This document shows positions 51,260-62,660 of a DNA stretch of 64,000 bases, piece by piece. A program made the translations under genes and the position numbers. The stretch comes from Halocafeteria seosinensis (lineage: Eukaryota). The number at the start of each line of letters is the position of its first letter. The first letter of the stretch is position 1. Below the pieces are notes generated by a model, which was not told the origin of the DNA, ran no database searches, and saw only the letters and a program-made list of their open reading frames with translations. The stretch is taken from NCBI GenBank assembly GCA_001687465.1, contig LVLI01000101.1:62001-126000 (forward strand). Reading direction: 5' to 3'.

Positions 51260-52763
51260 ATGGCTACTTCAGCCGTAAGCAAAAATACACAAGTGTGCGT
51301 CACGGGCGCCAGTGGATACATCGCAAGCGAACTTGTTCGACGTAAGCTCCCTTCCCCTGGTTCTAAGGTGTAGTGCATACCGGAACACTTAAACACTGCC
51401 CCCGTGTCTCTTTGCAGAGTTGTTAAATGGAGGTTACCGAGTTACGGCTACCGTCCGGAACGTAGAGGACCCGAAAAAGACCGATCATCTTAAGCAACTG
51501 GAGAATGCTCAGGCCAACTTGACTCTCAAACCGGCGAATTTGCTGGAACCAGGTTCCTTTAAGGATGCCGTGGCGGGGGCTTCTTGTGTATTTCATACAG
51601 CGTATGCTTAATGTCCTGATGCAGTAGCACCGGCAGACTGACTTGATGGGGTACTCTGTTTATGCAGCTCGCCATTCTTCCTGAAGTCGGACAATCCCGA
51701 AGAGGAATTGATTAAACCTGTAAGCTTCCTTAGAGTTCATAAAGTTATTTATTCTTCGCAAACTTCTTCTTTACAATACAGGCGGTGGATGGAACGAAAA
51801 ACATCCTTCAAACTTGCGCCGAGGAACCGTCTGTTAAACGTGTCATTCTGACATCATCTACAGCCGCCGTGGCGGTGGGAGATAAGGACCCCTCTCATAT
51901 CTACACAGAAGTAGGTGATCCTGGAACTACTAGCGTGATGAAGCAAGTTACTTTAGAATTGTTCGGTCATCGACTGCAAAATATTCGTTGCAGGACGATT
52001 TTTCAGATGAGCAGTACATGCGTGAAAAGGGTGTGTACTACCCTCTTTCCAAGACTCTAGCTGAGACGTACGTAATGTCTGATGGCGGTGTGGTTCTTTG
52101 AAAGTGGGAACAAGACTACATGACCATTGCCATTGTTGACAGAGCTGCTTGGGATTTTATTAAGGAAAACAGAACAAATTTTGACGTAGTCGTCTTGAAT
52201 CCTTGCCTGGTGATTGGTCCGATGCTCCAGCCTTCTTTGAATACATCGAGCGAGATGATAGTTCAATACTTGAATGGAAGCAAGGAGAAGATTTCTGACT
52301 CATACCCTTCTGTAGTAGATGTTAGGGATGTTGCTCGTGCCCATATCAAGGCGGCGGAGAATCCGGCGGCAAGAGGACGCTACATCTTGAATCCATACAC
52401 GGAGCATTGGTCGAAGATCGTCAACATTTTACGAGAATTGGACGTCCCAGGGCTCAACAAGGCTGCTATTCCAACTGAGGTAGAAGAATCAGGTACGTTG
52501 ACGCTGTGTTTCTTACGGTCTTTGTTGCAAGGTTGCCTACACAAGAGAATGGTCGCTGTGCGCAGAAAAACCGGGGTTCCCCAGAAAGGCTGACAATTCC
52601 AAGGCTGAAAACGAGTTGGGAATGAAGTGGACGCCTTTGGAAGAAAGTCTCAAAGTGCGTTCTCACTGGAATGTCCGTTTAAAGTTAATGAGAAGATTCG
52701 TTCTGATCAATTCTCTGGATGCAGGATCACGTCGTCAGCTTGCAGAGGCAGGGGTACATCTGA
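51260..52763 (+). CDS. Extended SDR, cinnamoyl-CoA reductase/dihydroflavonol reductase-like
   Basis: VCVTGASGYIAS, FHTASP, TSSTAA, YPLSK and VDVRDVARAHI. Seven short introns. Confidence 0.92.
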
Positions 52764-52891
52764 ATTCATTCTCTTAGAAGCAGGTCTGACCATTATCATT
52801 ACACCCCATGTAGACATGAATAGACTAGGCAACAATGTTCGTACCAACTGAGTTGGAATAAATTAAGAACCAGAACTGGAAGAGTATTCAT

Positions 52892-55800
52892 TCAGTTCTT
52901 CACCTTTTTCTTCTGCTTCTTGGGTTTAGGTAGCGTATGAGGAGTGTGGCCATTGAGGGGCTCCGTATGCCTGCGCTTATTTTTCGGAGTCTTTGATGAA
53001 GGCGTTGCCTCTCGCTCGTACTGTGTTTTTATTCCTTCCATGGGTTCAGCGGTTAAACCATTCAGGTACTCTGTCGAGGAGCCATTGGTATAATCGCCTA
53101 CCTTAATTTTCCCTATCTCGGCAGTCGTGACCTGGCAGAGCTGTTTCACAGGCGGACTTGGAGTTTTATCGGTAAGCTGCTCCAGAACTTCGACCAGATC
53201 GCTAGATTTTTCGAATGGGTCAACATCCCAGGCTTCTGGATGATCCTGAACGCACTTTGCGGTTGCGCGTACAAATGATATAATTTCGCGTTGTCGTGAA
53301 GCATTTAAGAATTTACTGCCGGTGCCTGCAACACCGTGGCTACATACCTGCTGCACACATTCTTTCAAGGTATGTGTTGCAGCCTCCAGTCCCATTGCTA
53401 CAGCTTGGCTCAAAGGAATCTCTTGAGTTCGTTGACTATCATAAGCAGCCAATATACCTTTCTCACCAAACGCTGTGTCATGCCTCTTCCCTACAACTTC
53501 CTCGTTTATCTCAATTTTGTTACTATACATCCCCTCGGTATTGTTCTTACTCTGGAGTAGCGGGTGGTTTTTCGGGAGAGGAAACTTGGCGAGTATTAAG
53601 AGAAGGTTAAATGCCTCTCCCCGGCGAAAAGCGCTAGTACTAGTCTGAATACCGAAGGCCAAGGGATTTGTCAAACTCCAACCAAGAGCAGGAAAGTGAC
53701 GAAACAAAGGGACAAACAACTTGGGTGACATTCGACTTCCTTTGTGAGTAAGGAAAGACGTTAAGGCGTCGCCATACACACAGGCCAAAAACGGTAGGTT
53801 GACGACATATCTGGTTGCAATGCGAGCCTTGGGCTCGCAGTCCTGCATGTGGACTTCTAGAGTGCGACGCAGCGCCCTTAACAAAAGCCAGGCAGATCCT
53901 CCCGCAACGCTCAAAAACTCAGCATTTGGTGATGAACCCGACATAAAAATAGCTTCCGCAATGCCTTTATGTGCCCCAATTGTCGTCAGAGATGTTTTTG
54001 CACTGTCGCTTTCTTCTGGTTCCTCATCTTCCTTCAGTTCTAAGGGCTTTTCAAGAACGAAGCGCTTAAACTGCGATTTCTCAGCGATTGTAACACAGGG
54101 AACCTTGCTCTTATTACAAATTTTGCTCAATATGGCGAATATTTGTTGGGAGAGTCCTTGATTAGAATTTTCTCCAGACATTTTCTTTCTACTGGCAAGC
54201 ATCCTATAACATCTGAGCAACGGAAGCACTAGCAGTAACAAAGCAGGGTGGCCACTTAAGCGGGCGGCAAATGTATCAATCAAGTCGAGCGTTCTAAACT
54301 TGAAGTGCTTCGCTTTCTCGTGAGTCGACTTTTTGTGGACACGTGCTGCTTTTCTCAGTTTTACCATTTGAGCAAGCATTTCGTCATATCTATCCATCTG
54401 GGCTTCCTCCGCCTCTGAATCTGATGCTTCCTCCATTGATTTTTCATCTTCGTCATTTGCACCACCCTCTTCTTCATCATTTTCGTCGCTATCATCGCCA
54501 CTTTCATCTTCAGAGCTATCCTTTGTTTTCGATGCTTCGTTGTTCTCCTCATTTGTCTTGGGATTCGAACCCCCTGATTCTTCCTCTGGGAGCTTTTCAT
54601 GAACTACAGAGACAATACTCTCAACTGCACCCGACGTTAAAAGGGTTGCGATACCACGAGCCGATATTTTAACCGCTTCGCGTAAGAAAGCACTCCCAAA
54701 AGAGAGTAGGCTAAGATATCCATCTAAAAGAACCATCATTGCCATGTTGCGGCCCCCTTCTACACCTTCGTGCTGCCACGTGGAAATAGGGAGGCCGTGA
54801 TAGGATACACTATCGTCCTGTTTCCCTTTGCGCTCGATACAGGAAGCGATGAGTAGCGAATTTGTACATAATGCCTTCATGGAAGTCAAAAAATCATCCA
54901 ATAAAGGTGTTGCCTCTTCTGGAGACATAAGCTGCCAGTAGCTTGTCGCAGATAATACTGTAGCCATCCCTAACACTCTGCGGCGGTGCTCTGTCAACGA
55001 TACACCCCCAACCAACTCATCGTCGTCCACGGACTGAGTTGTGGTCAAATTGGATTGCGAGTGAGGACGGTCTGCGGAAATTGATGAGCCTGTTGCTTGT
55101 TCATATGCGGCTCTTACTTCACTGCTGTTGGTAGAACTGGTGGACAATGTAGCTGCCGCAGCCTTTAATGCATTGACAGCTTGGAGAGCGCTCTTCCTCG
55201 ATGAACACTGGCCCTCTGTCAGCTGTGTGTGAATTGCCCCTTCCTTTTCTTTAAAGCATGACTTCCAAACCGAATGTGGCACGTCCAGCCAGTCCAAAAA
55301 TTCTTGTGCACTCTTGGAGATAACATCGCCAGTGGATCCACCCGTGCTTCCCGCCTCAGACATTTTGAGCGATACTGCCGAGTTTGTCGCATCAATCACA
55401 GCCGCTGAAAGTTTGTCTTGTATATACGACCGAGTCTCGTGTGATATAGGTTCTTGGAGTCGAAAAGAGTGTGACGGAGCAGAACTCCACTGTTGAGCTC
55501 TATCCAGTTTGCTGGCGTCACACAAACTGTGAACAGCTAAGAAGGTCAGTGCCTTCTTGATCGCATCCTTGTTCTTGCGTACATTTGTGTCCTTTATTGT
55601 CCCCAGTATGCCTTCGACTGATAGTCGTCTTCTATATTCTGCTGTGCTGGCCACACCTTCTTCGTCGTTGACTGAAGTGTCCTCTTCACCGGTAACGGCG
55701 GATGCCGCTAGAGGGGATTCAAACTCCCGCAACAACTGTTCGATATTCTCTCCTAGGTGTTCTTCTTGGAGGTTCCTACGAAGTGTTGAAACAACCGTAC

Positions 55801-57046
55801 TCTTAGCTTTCTGATCAAAGTGGTGGTATCCTCGAGCACGCAGTACCGCTAGTATCTTGTGGCTGAATTCGGAGTTTGACCGGTTCTTTATCGTATCCGT
55901 CAAGGCTCGTACGCTCTTCGTTGCAGCTTGATGCAAGAGGTTCTTTTTTGAAGATGCATTTACTGCCAGAACTTTCAGCAGGTTTGCCGAAAGCATGTTC
56001 ATGATAGCATCTGTAGGTGCTCTTCTAACTATCAAACCAAACAGACCAAGTCCCGTCGCTTTCTTCTCATGTGAAGCTGTGCCTACCAGCAAGCTATCAT
56101 CTACGCATCTCGTCCAGAACATGTTGAATAACATTACAGCTTCCGAGTCGAAGGAGGCCTTCTCATCACTAACTGGAGACGAGTGCAAACCGTTTAGCAT
56201 CACAAATCGATGAAGTATGCGTCTCCAGACACAGTGTAAACGAGGAAACGTGTGAGTAGAACGTAGCAGTGGGCCATTCAAGTTCGTAATGGACCCGGGA
56301 GAAAAAGCCTTCTCTATTTTGGACAAAATGATTCCTGTGTTCCCGCTTTGCGTTGCTGTATCACGGAAAGTCCGCTCGATTGTAATTGCGACAGTAAGTT
56401 CCTCCGGGCTGAAATCCGCCACGTCTTTCTCAGCTAACGATTCCACGAGAAACCCAAAGTGTTTCTCGAGTGCCGAGATCGGGATCGTCTGTAAGATAGC
56501 TGCAACCACTTCATGGCACACTTCTTTTATCCAGGACTTTTTCGCTGATATATCTACGAGGTCTTTGGTAACATCTGCCGCAAGTTTAGCTCCTTTGTCT
56601 CCTGATGCTGCTTGATGTTGAAGTCTGCCAGCTCTCTGTATCGCCATGTACCCAAACAATCGCCCAAATAGCGCATCTCTTTGTTCATCGCCTTTCATGC
56701 GGCTGCTGATTTCCGTCTCTTCGCGTAGCTTGTCAATCACTGTAGTGGTCTGTATACGCGGAAACTGTATCAAAAACTCAGTTAAAGCCTTCGAAAAACC
56801 CTGTCGCGCGGAGTCACGTCCCGAGCACAGTCCTCGAATTAAGCGATGGAAGGTATATTCCGTGTCCGGAGCAAGTTCATCACCTTCGAGAGCAGACTTT
56901 CGTTTATCCTTTTCCTGATCCTTAGCCAGCGTCTCCTGAGCGTCACGTGTGTACTGAAGCAAGACTTTGGCGGCCTGCACTCGAGTGGGTGCCTCGACCG
57001 AGGCCAAGTCCCAAAAGGACTGTAATAAGTCGGGATGCTGTTCCAT
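52892..57046 (-). CDS. MYBBP1A: Myb-binding protein 1A / Pol5 (nucleolar ARM-repeat protein)
   Basis: FWDLAS...R.QAA, YTFHRLIRGLCSGRDSARQGF, GRLFG, an acidic stretch, HFKFRTLDLI and a basic C-terminal tail. Intronless. Confidence 0.92.
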   Translation of the reverse strand: MEQHPDLLQSFWDLASVEAPTRVQAAKVLLQYTRDAQETLAKDQEKDKRKSALEGDELAPDTEYTFHRLIRGLCSGRDSARQGFSKALTEFLIQFPRIQTTTVIDKLREETEISSRMKGDEQRDALFGRLFGYMAIQRAGRLQHQAASGDKGAKLAADVTKDLVDISAKKSWIKEVCHEVVAAILQTIPISALEKHFGFLVESLAEKDVADFSPEELTVAITIERTFRDTATQSGNTGIILSKIEKAFSPGSITNLNGPLLRSTHTFPRLHCVWRRILHRFVMLNGLHSSPVSDEKASFDSEAVMLFNMFWTRCVDDSLLVGTASHEKKATGLGLFGLIVRRAPTDAIMNMLSANLLKVLAVNASSKKNLLHQAATKSVRALTDTIKNRSNSEFSHKILAVLRARGYHHFDQKAKSTVVSTLRRNLQEEHLGENIEQLLREFESPLAASAVTGEEDTSVNDEEGVASTAEYRRRLSVEGILGTIKDTNVRKNKDAIKKALTFLAVHSLCDASKLDRAQQWSSAPSHSFRLQEPISHETRSYIQDKLSAAVIDATNSAVSLKMSEAGSTGGSTGDVISKSAQEFLDWLDVPHSVWKSCFKEKEGAIHTQLTEGQCSSRKSALQAVNALKAAAATLSTSSTNSSEVRAAYEQATGSSISADRPHSQSNLTTTQSVDDDELVGGVSLTEHRRRVLGMATVLSATSYWQLMSPEEATPLLDDFLTSMKALCTNSLLIASCIERKGKQDDSVSYHGLPISTWQHEGVEGGRNMAMMVLLDGYLSLLSFGSAFLREAVKISARGIATLLTSGAVESIVSVVHEKLPEEESGGSNPKTNEENNEASKTKDSSEDESGDDSDENDEEEGGANDEDEKSMEEASDSEAEEAQMDRYDEMLAQMVKLRKAARVHKKSTHEKAKHFKFRTLDLIDTFAARLSGHPALLLLVLPLLRCYRMLASRKKMSGENSNQGLSQQIFAILSKICNKSKVPCVTIAEKSQFKRFVLEKPLELKEDEEPEESDSAKTSLTTIGAHKGIAEAIFMSGSSPNAEFLSVAGGSAWLLLRALRRTLEVHMQDCEPKARIATRYVVNLPFLACVYGDALTSFLTHKGSRMSPKLFVPLFRHFPALGWSLTNPLAFGIQTSTSAFRRGEAFNLLLILAKFPLPKNHPLLQSKNNTEGMYSNKIEINEEVVGKRHDTAFGEKGILAAYDSQRTQEIPLSQAVAMGLEAATHTLKECVQQVCSHGVAGTGSKFLNASRQREIISFVRATAKCVQDHPEAWDVDPFEKSSDLVEVLEQLTDKTPSPPVKQLCQVTTAEIGKIKVGDYTNGSSTEYLNGLTAEPMEGIKTQYEREATPSSKTPKNKRRHTEPLNGHTPHTLPKPKKQKKKVKN

Positions 57047-57346
57047 TTCCCCGCTCTTCCACGTGCGGATACTCAGGGAGAATTCCAGAATACTGTCGTT
57101 CAATTTTATCCAATCGTGGTCTTGAAGGCCATCAAAACCAGCTCCAAAACATCCGTGTGTCAGTCCACAGGGGAGTCGACAAACGTCGACGAAAGGATTG
57201 TTTCATTGAAGTTCGAACGAATGAACCAAACACAAGGTGTTTTTAATGAAGCTCTACAGGTGGCATTGTACAGTGGATGGGTTGATCTAGTACCTCATAT
57301 CGTGCTCTTGTAACCATAGTTCAGAAAGTGCGTGGTATCGACGAAA

Positions 57347-59203
57347 ATGTCGTCAGAAGGAGATGGACCAGCACGCAAAAAGCCACGAAAATCGAGGTTT
57401 AGTTCGACACAAGTTGTACCTCCTACAAGTGGTCCCTCTGCGGCGTCTACACCACAGCAGCAAGAGGAGCAGGGGGCAGAAGCCTCAGTAACAACGTCGA
57501 CAACAGAACAGTCGCAAAATGACACTTCGAGCAACATACAACTGGTCAAAGCGAGAGCGGCGGCTGCAGCAGCTGCTGCCAGAGTCCACAGTTCATCTTC
57601 TTCCAGTTTGTCCTCTAGTTGGCAATACCCTGATTCCATGCTTCATGGGACCCAGCAACGCCGAGATGCCAATCGATTCAAAAGGTCTCGGCTGGAAGGG
57701 GTGGATGAACATGGAAATCTGCTCAGGAACGAAGGGCCCCAAAAGAAAGCCAAACGTGAAAACCCGTACTTGGCACATAGGAAAGAAGATAATGAACAGG
57801 CAGATGGCTCTACAGAAATCGATCCCCGAATTCCAACGAAGAATAAGGCTAGTAGGAAACAGCGAGGACTTCAGTTTGTAGAGCATGGAAAGTATATTGA
57901 AGAGGCTCAAAACCTGCGAGACTATCAGGCCACTCAAAAGATCTTCTCATCTTCAGCAAGTGGTTCGGCGGCACGACCCGCGCGCTCTCAGGATGACTTT
58001 TCTGCTGGAAAGAGTGGGGAACTAAGCTCCGAAGAGATTGTTGAAAAGGACCCAGAGCTACCTCCACGATTGGAGTACAAGGAGATACCAGACTTGGAAT
58101 GGTGGGATGCTGCCTTCCTCCCTCCACAGAAGAGGAAAGAAAGAGCTAATGCCCTCGCACAGGCGAAGGCTCTGAAGGGAAATGCGACATCGTATTCATA
58201 CGATTCGTTGTCGATCAATAACTCAAAGGCCCACGCATACGTCGAGCATCCTGTCCCCATCCTGGCGCCTAGCGACTCCAAACCATCAAAACCGGTTCCT
58301 CTGATGTTAACGAAGAAAGAAAGGAAAAGGTTAAGACGACAAAATCGAGCGGAGCGGCAGAGAGAAATGCAAGAAAAGATTGCACTGGGAATAATGGCTC
58401 CACCAGAACCGAAGGTCAAATTAACGAATCTCATGAGGGTTTTAGGAGAGCAAGCTGTGGCTGATCCTTCGTCAGTGGAAAAGAAGGTGCGAAAGCAAAT
58501 GGAACAAAGAGTGAAAAACCATGAGATGCGAAATCAAGCAAGGAAGTTGACGCCCGAGGAGAGAAAAGAAAAAGACCAGAAGAAAATGTCGGAAGATGTT
58601 ACAGGAAGTGGAGGTGTTCAAGTGGCGGTATTTCGAGTTAAAGATCTCTCTAACCCCCGTCATCGGTTCAAGGTCGACGCGAATGCCAGGCAGAGGTACT
58701 TAACAGGCATGGTATTAATGTGTCGAGAACCTCAAATGAATATGGTGGTCGTTGAAGGGGGTACTCGAGCTGTTAAGAAATATATGAAACTAATGCAGAA
58801 CCGCATCAAATGGAACGGAGATGCAATGGAACAGGATGACGACGATGACTCAGAAGGGGAACAAATGGCCGAAGGCGATAACAGATGCGAGTGCGTCTGG
58901 TATGGTACAGTCCCCACTAGGAATTTTTCTGGGTTTAGATTTTCCGAGTGTCGGACAGCTTCCAGTGCCCGGCGAGCTATGGAAACTCGAGGCCTTGTAC
59001 ACTACTGGGACATGTGCGTCCAAAATGCTCCATGGATTGACCAAAGCCATCTACGCGGTATTAAGTCGGCCTCAGCGGCAGCTAGCCTTGCTGATCAGAA
59101 GAATGAAGGCGATGACTTGTGGTTTTTGGATAACCCCTCAGATATAGAGAATAAACCATCTGAGAAGGCCACCACAAACGGCGAACAACAGGCAACTTCA
59201 TAA
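57347..59203 (+). CDS. PRPF3: U4/U6 snRNP protein Prp3
   Basis: PDLEWWD, YVEHPVP, LTKKERKRLRRQNR, PPEPKVKLTNLMRVLG...ADP and VVVEGG. Confidence 0.97.
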   Translation: MSSEGDGPARKKPRKSRFSSTQVVPPTSGPSAASTPQQQEEQGAEASVTTSTTEQSQNDTSSNIQLVKARAAAAAAAARVHSSSSSSLSSSWQYPDSMLHGTQQRRDANRFKRSRLEGVDEHGNLLRNEGPQKKAKRENPYLAHRKEDNEQADGSTEIDPRIPTKNKASRKQRGLQFVEHGKYIEEAQNLRDYQATQKIFSSSASGSAARPARSQDDFSAGKSGELSSEEIVEKDPELPPRLEYKEIPDLEWWDAAFLPPQKRKERANALAQAKALKGNATSYSYDSLSINNSKAHAYVEHPVPILAPSDSKPSKPVPLMLTKKERKRLRRQNRAERQREMQEKIALGIMAPPEPKVKLTNLMRVLGEQAVADPSSVEKKVRKQMEQRVKNHEMRNQARKLTPEERKEKDQKKMSEDVTGSGGVQVAVFRVKDLSNPRHRFKVDANARQRYLTGMVLMCREPQMNMVVVEGGTRAVKKYMKLMQNRIKWNGDAMEQDDDDDSEGEQMAEGDNRCECVWYGTVPTRNFSGFRFSECRTASSARRAMETRGLVHYWDMCVQNAPWIDQSHLRGIKSASAAASLADQKNEGDDLWFLDNPSDIENKPSEKATTNGEQQATS

Positions 59204-59275
59204 ATACATGTTGGTAGGCCTTCCCTGGTTGGATGTTCCCAGTTCCGTAGTAAGTCGAGCGACATTAAGCGAGCA

Positions 59276-59636
59276 TTAGCTATGCTTGTCAACACTGATC
59301 TGTGGTTTGCCTAGTTTCCTCCGTTCATCAAAATATCTGAGGAAGCAACAATGCCCAGGTTGCACGTAAGGAGATGATTAGTCTGCCGTACGCGGAGCTC
59401 ACTCACCTTCTCCAACTTCGCATACATACTTCTTCATACTTTGCTTTCTCCTGCTGACACTTCGAAGAATCTTCATTATTTCTATCTGCAAATGCGACAT
59501 CAAGTACCGAATGATTTATCTGAAGTTGCTGAGCACGCTGTCGCAGCATACCTAGGCACGCATAGAACTCATCTCGACTCTGGTAGCATTGTTCCCTAGC
59601 CGATACCTTTGTTCGCGGGTTAATAGTGTCGCTCAT
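59276..59636 (-). CDS. COA6: Cytochrome c oxidase assembly factor 6 (COX6B-like)
   Basis: Spliced product has Cx9C..Cx10C and SWRRYF. Two introns. Confidence 0.8.
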
Positions 59637-59885
59637 TTCCGTTTCGCGTCTTTAACCAGTTGCATCGAAGGGAGTCATCCTCAATTTAGCACCAAACAAC
59701 TCTGTATTTGTGCATATTCGCTCGGGGGAAGCTAGAAGAGTCTCGTGTTGGCGAAGGCAACAATCATTTCTGCCCTTGTTCGACGAGTCGAATGACTCAG
59801 TAGAAACACGTTTTCCCGGCGAGACAGCATATACGTGCACTAGTTAGCAATTTGGTTGGTTTGGAATCATCAAGAGGAAGGCAAC

Positions 59886-59900
59886 ATTGGATTGTATTGG
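59886..59900 (-). promoter_or_regulatory. Two CCAAT boxes (ATTGG) in the COA6/DnaJ divergent promoter
   Basis: ATTGG at 59886 and 59896, 10 bp apart, ~130 bp upstream of the DnaJ ATG. Confidence 0.3.
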
Positions 59901-60025
59901 TTAAACCATTTTGTTAGGGAGCATACAACTCGCCCAAAAGCCGGATAAAACGCGCGCGCGACCTTGGTAATAACAGCATCACGGGGTCATTTAAAGGGTT
60001 CCCACCTTCCACCCAGTTTTCCACG

Positions 60026-61621
60026 ATGCCCGACTACTACCAAATTCTCGGCGTCAATAAGAACGCCAGCGACGATGAGCTCAAGAAAGCGTAAGTTCTG
60101 GGGATGTCTCCTTGGTCCTGTATTTGCCCGTTATGGAGCAGAAATGAGCAGATATTCTTCCACGCTTGAACCACCGGCGGCGGAAAAGCATAGAACAATA
60201 GAATAAAAGCGCTCTCTTGGGCTTCATTCTCTGCCCGGTTGGATGAGCGATATAAAGGGGATGTGGTCGTATTTTGACCGGAATATCCAAGGAAAGTGCT
60301 CATCTTAGCGTATTTGTGTACATGTTCTATGGATACGCCGGTGGTTGTCCTCGTTGAAAGTTAAACTCTGCGTTCAGGTTCACCAATGTGTCAATTATTC
60401 TCACTTGTCTGTATGATATGCAGTTACAAAAAGTTAGCAGTTAAGTGGCATCCTGATAAGAATCAAGACCGTAAAGAGGAAGCGGAGAAAAAGTTCAAAG
60501 AAATTAACGAAGCCTACGAAGTTCTCAGTGACAAGGAGAAAAGAGCAATTTACGACAAATATGGAGAAGAGGGACTGAAAGGAGGAATGCCCGCAGGAGG
60601 TGGAGGTATGTCAAATATGTGTTAGCTTCTTCCCAGAGTTCCATTAAGTACAATCTTGTCCGTTGCTGCAGGCGGTGGTGGTGGTGGCACCACACACTTC
60701 GAGTTCAGAGATCCGAACGAGATATTTGCTCAGTTTTTTGGTACAAAGAATCCGTTCTCCATATTTGGAGACGAAGGGGGAGAAGATGGCTTCTTCAGTT
60801 TTGGAATGGGCCCTGGCATGGGTGGAGGAATGCGCATGGGAGGTATGGGTGGTACTGGAGGCATGGGTGGAATGGGCGGTATGGGAGGAGGAGGAGGAAT
60901 GCCTGGCGGAAAATCCCGTGGTCCCAAGCAACCACCTCCTGCGAAAACACAACTTCCGCTCAGTTTGGAAGAATTATATAGAGGGACTACAAAGAAGCTG
61001 AAAATAACGAGGAAGAGATTGAACTCTGACCAGCGAACTACATACAATGACCAGAAGGTTAGTATATGCTGCCATTGATCAAGTAGTCTGCCAGACGGAT
61101 AGCATCATGACGGTGTGCTATTGATGCTGCTGCTGCAGGTGCTAGAGGTACAAGTACGACCAGGTTGGAAGAAGGGTACAACAGTTACATTCGAAAGAGA
61201 AGGCGACCAAGAGCCAGGAATGATACCGTCGGATGTAGTTTTCGTCATTGGTGAAAAGCCACACTCGGTATTTGAACGAGATGGCAACAATTTGATTCAC
61301 AAGAGACGAATAACTCTCAAACAGGCCCTAACAGATTATACACTAGAGCTCGTAAGTACCAACGTGCGACTTAGCGACTCGTGCATTCCCTAACGCTTAA
61401 CCGTTTGAAAATCTAAACAGAAAACGCTCGACGATAGGCAGCTATCAATTCCCTGCAACGAAATTATAAGCCCTGGATACCGTAAAACAATATCAGGTGA
61501 AGGGATGCCAATCAGCAAGCAACCCGGCAAAAAAGGGGATATCATAGTGGAATTCCAAGTTAACTTCCCAAGCCATCTTCCGGATTCCACGAAACAGCAA
61601 CTTAAGCAGTTACTACCATAA
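60026..61621 (+). CDS. Class B Hsp40 (Sis1/DNAJB-like)
   Basis: J domain with WHPDKN, G/F and G/M regions, and C-terminal domains ([20 protein letters not shown]). No zinc finger. First intron is 333 nt (60091-60423). Confidence 0.95.
60100..60346 (+). ncRNA. Structured intronic RNA element in DnaJ intron 1
   Basis: Perfect 11-bp (60169-79/60336-46) and 9-bp (60189-97/60323-31) helices plus five further nested helices, and a separate hairpin 60100-60159. Confidence 0.55.
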
Positions 61622-61892
61622 ACTGAGACCAATCCTGCGGGAAAAATAGTCTGTAGACGATCGTCTTCAGTCACACAAACCTTCCTTGTTGTGTATGTGT
61701 GACTCCATAATTGTGTCCCTAGTTTATCCCCCTGGCCGAATATCAACAGCACTAGAATTGGCGATCGTAGAGTACACACCGTACTAAACGAATACACAAC
61801 CATTCGCTGATCCAAAAGAACAACATTGTAAAATGTTGAAGGATTCCAGTAGCGCTTATTCGGTGAACTCATTCAACGTTTCCTCTTCGACA

Positions 61893-62478
61893 CTACGAGC
61901 GTTCAATGTGCTCCGGTTCTTGGCGCCCATCCTCCCACATTCGCCTCCTCAACTTGGCTGACCTCTCTTCGAACTCTCTCTGAGCTCTTCGCTCCTGTAT
62001 CGCTGCAATTTTGGTAATCAGTTCTTCCCTTTCCTTCTCTAATTTTTCACGCTGCTTGGGTGGTATTGCTACCGGTATCAGTACTTCGTCATTTTCCTCG
62101 TTTTCGGTCTCGTGAGAGTGTTGCTGCGCCTGCTGTTGCTTCTTCTCCTGTTGATACCGTTCCTTTGCTTTCAATTCGATAAAGACATCATTCATCTGCG
62201 GCACGTACAACTCTATATGACTTGCAGCTCACAAATAAAGCAAATCCTACATCATCTCTTACCAAGGAATCGTGTTGCCGAGCTCTTACAAACCATCCTG
62301 CCGCCAGCATAGCCGGCATCCAGACCACCACTGCAAGGGAGGAAAATGAAGAAAAGTGTGCAAAGGACCGTATCCATGTCCACTTCCCATATATAACGAA
62401 CGTACGTATCGTAGCAAACTTCCTCCCTGAAGGTCCTATCCTCGGAAAAGCCTCCTTCAGCCACTCCGAGTTAAACAT
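61893..62478 (-). CDS. Small single-pass membrane protein with a coiled-coil tail
   Basis: Spliced MFNSEWLKEAF...ILVVWMPAMLAAGWFVRAR...MNDVFIELK. Two introns. Confidence 0.55.
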
Positions 62479-62660
62479 GGCCCTCTCTCAAGAGTTTACA
62501 GCTAGCCATGAGAGAAAAAGACACGAAAAAGAATATAGGCAATCGTTAATCAAATTCAGAACGTAATCCAGCCCAAGCAAGGCTCAAGGGAAGGTGGTTG
62601 AAGTTCCGGGCACCCATACAGGGAAGCGGGGAAAGTGTGGAGGTCAATGAGATCACGGGG

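Noticed and set aside
59637..60025. Heat-shock element upstream of DnaJ
   Set aside because: No canonical triple inverted nGAAn array seen.
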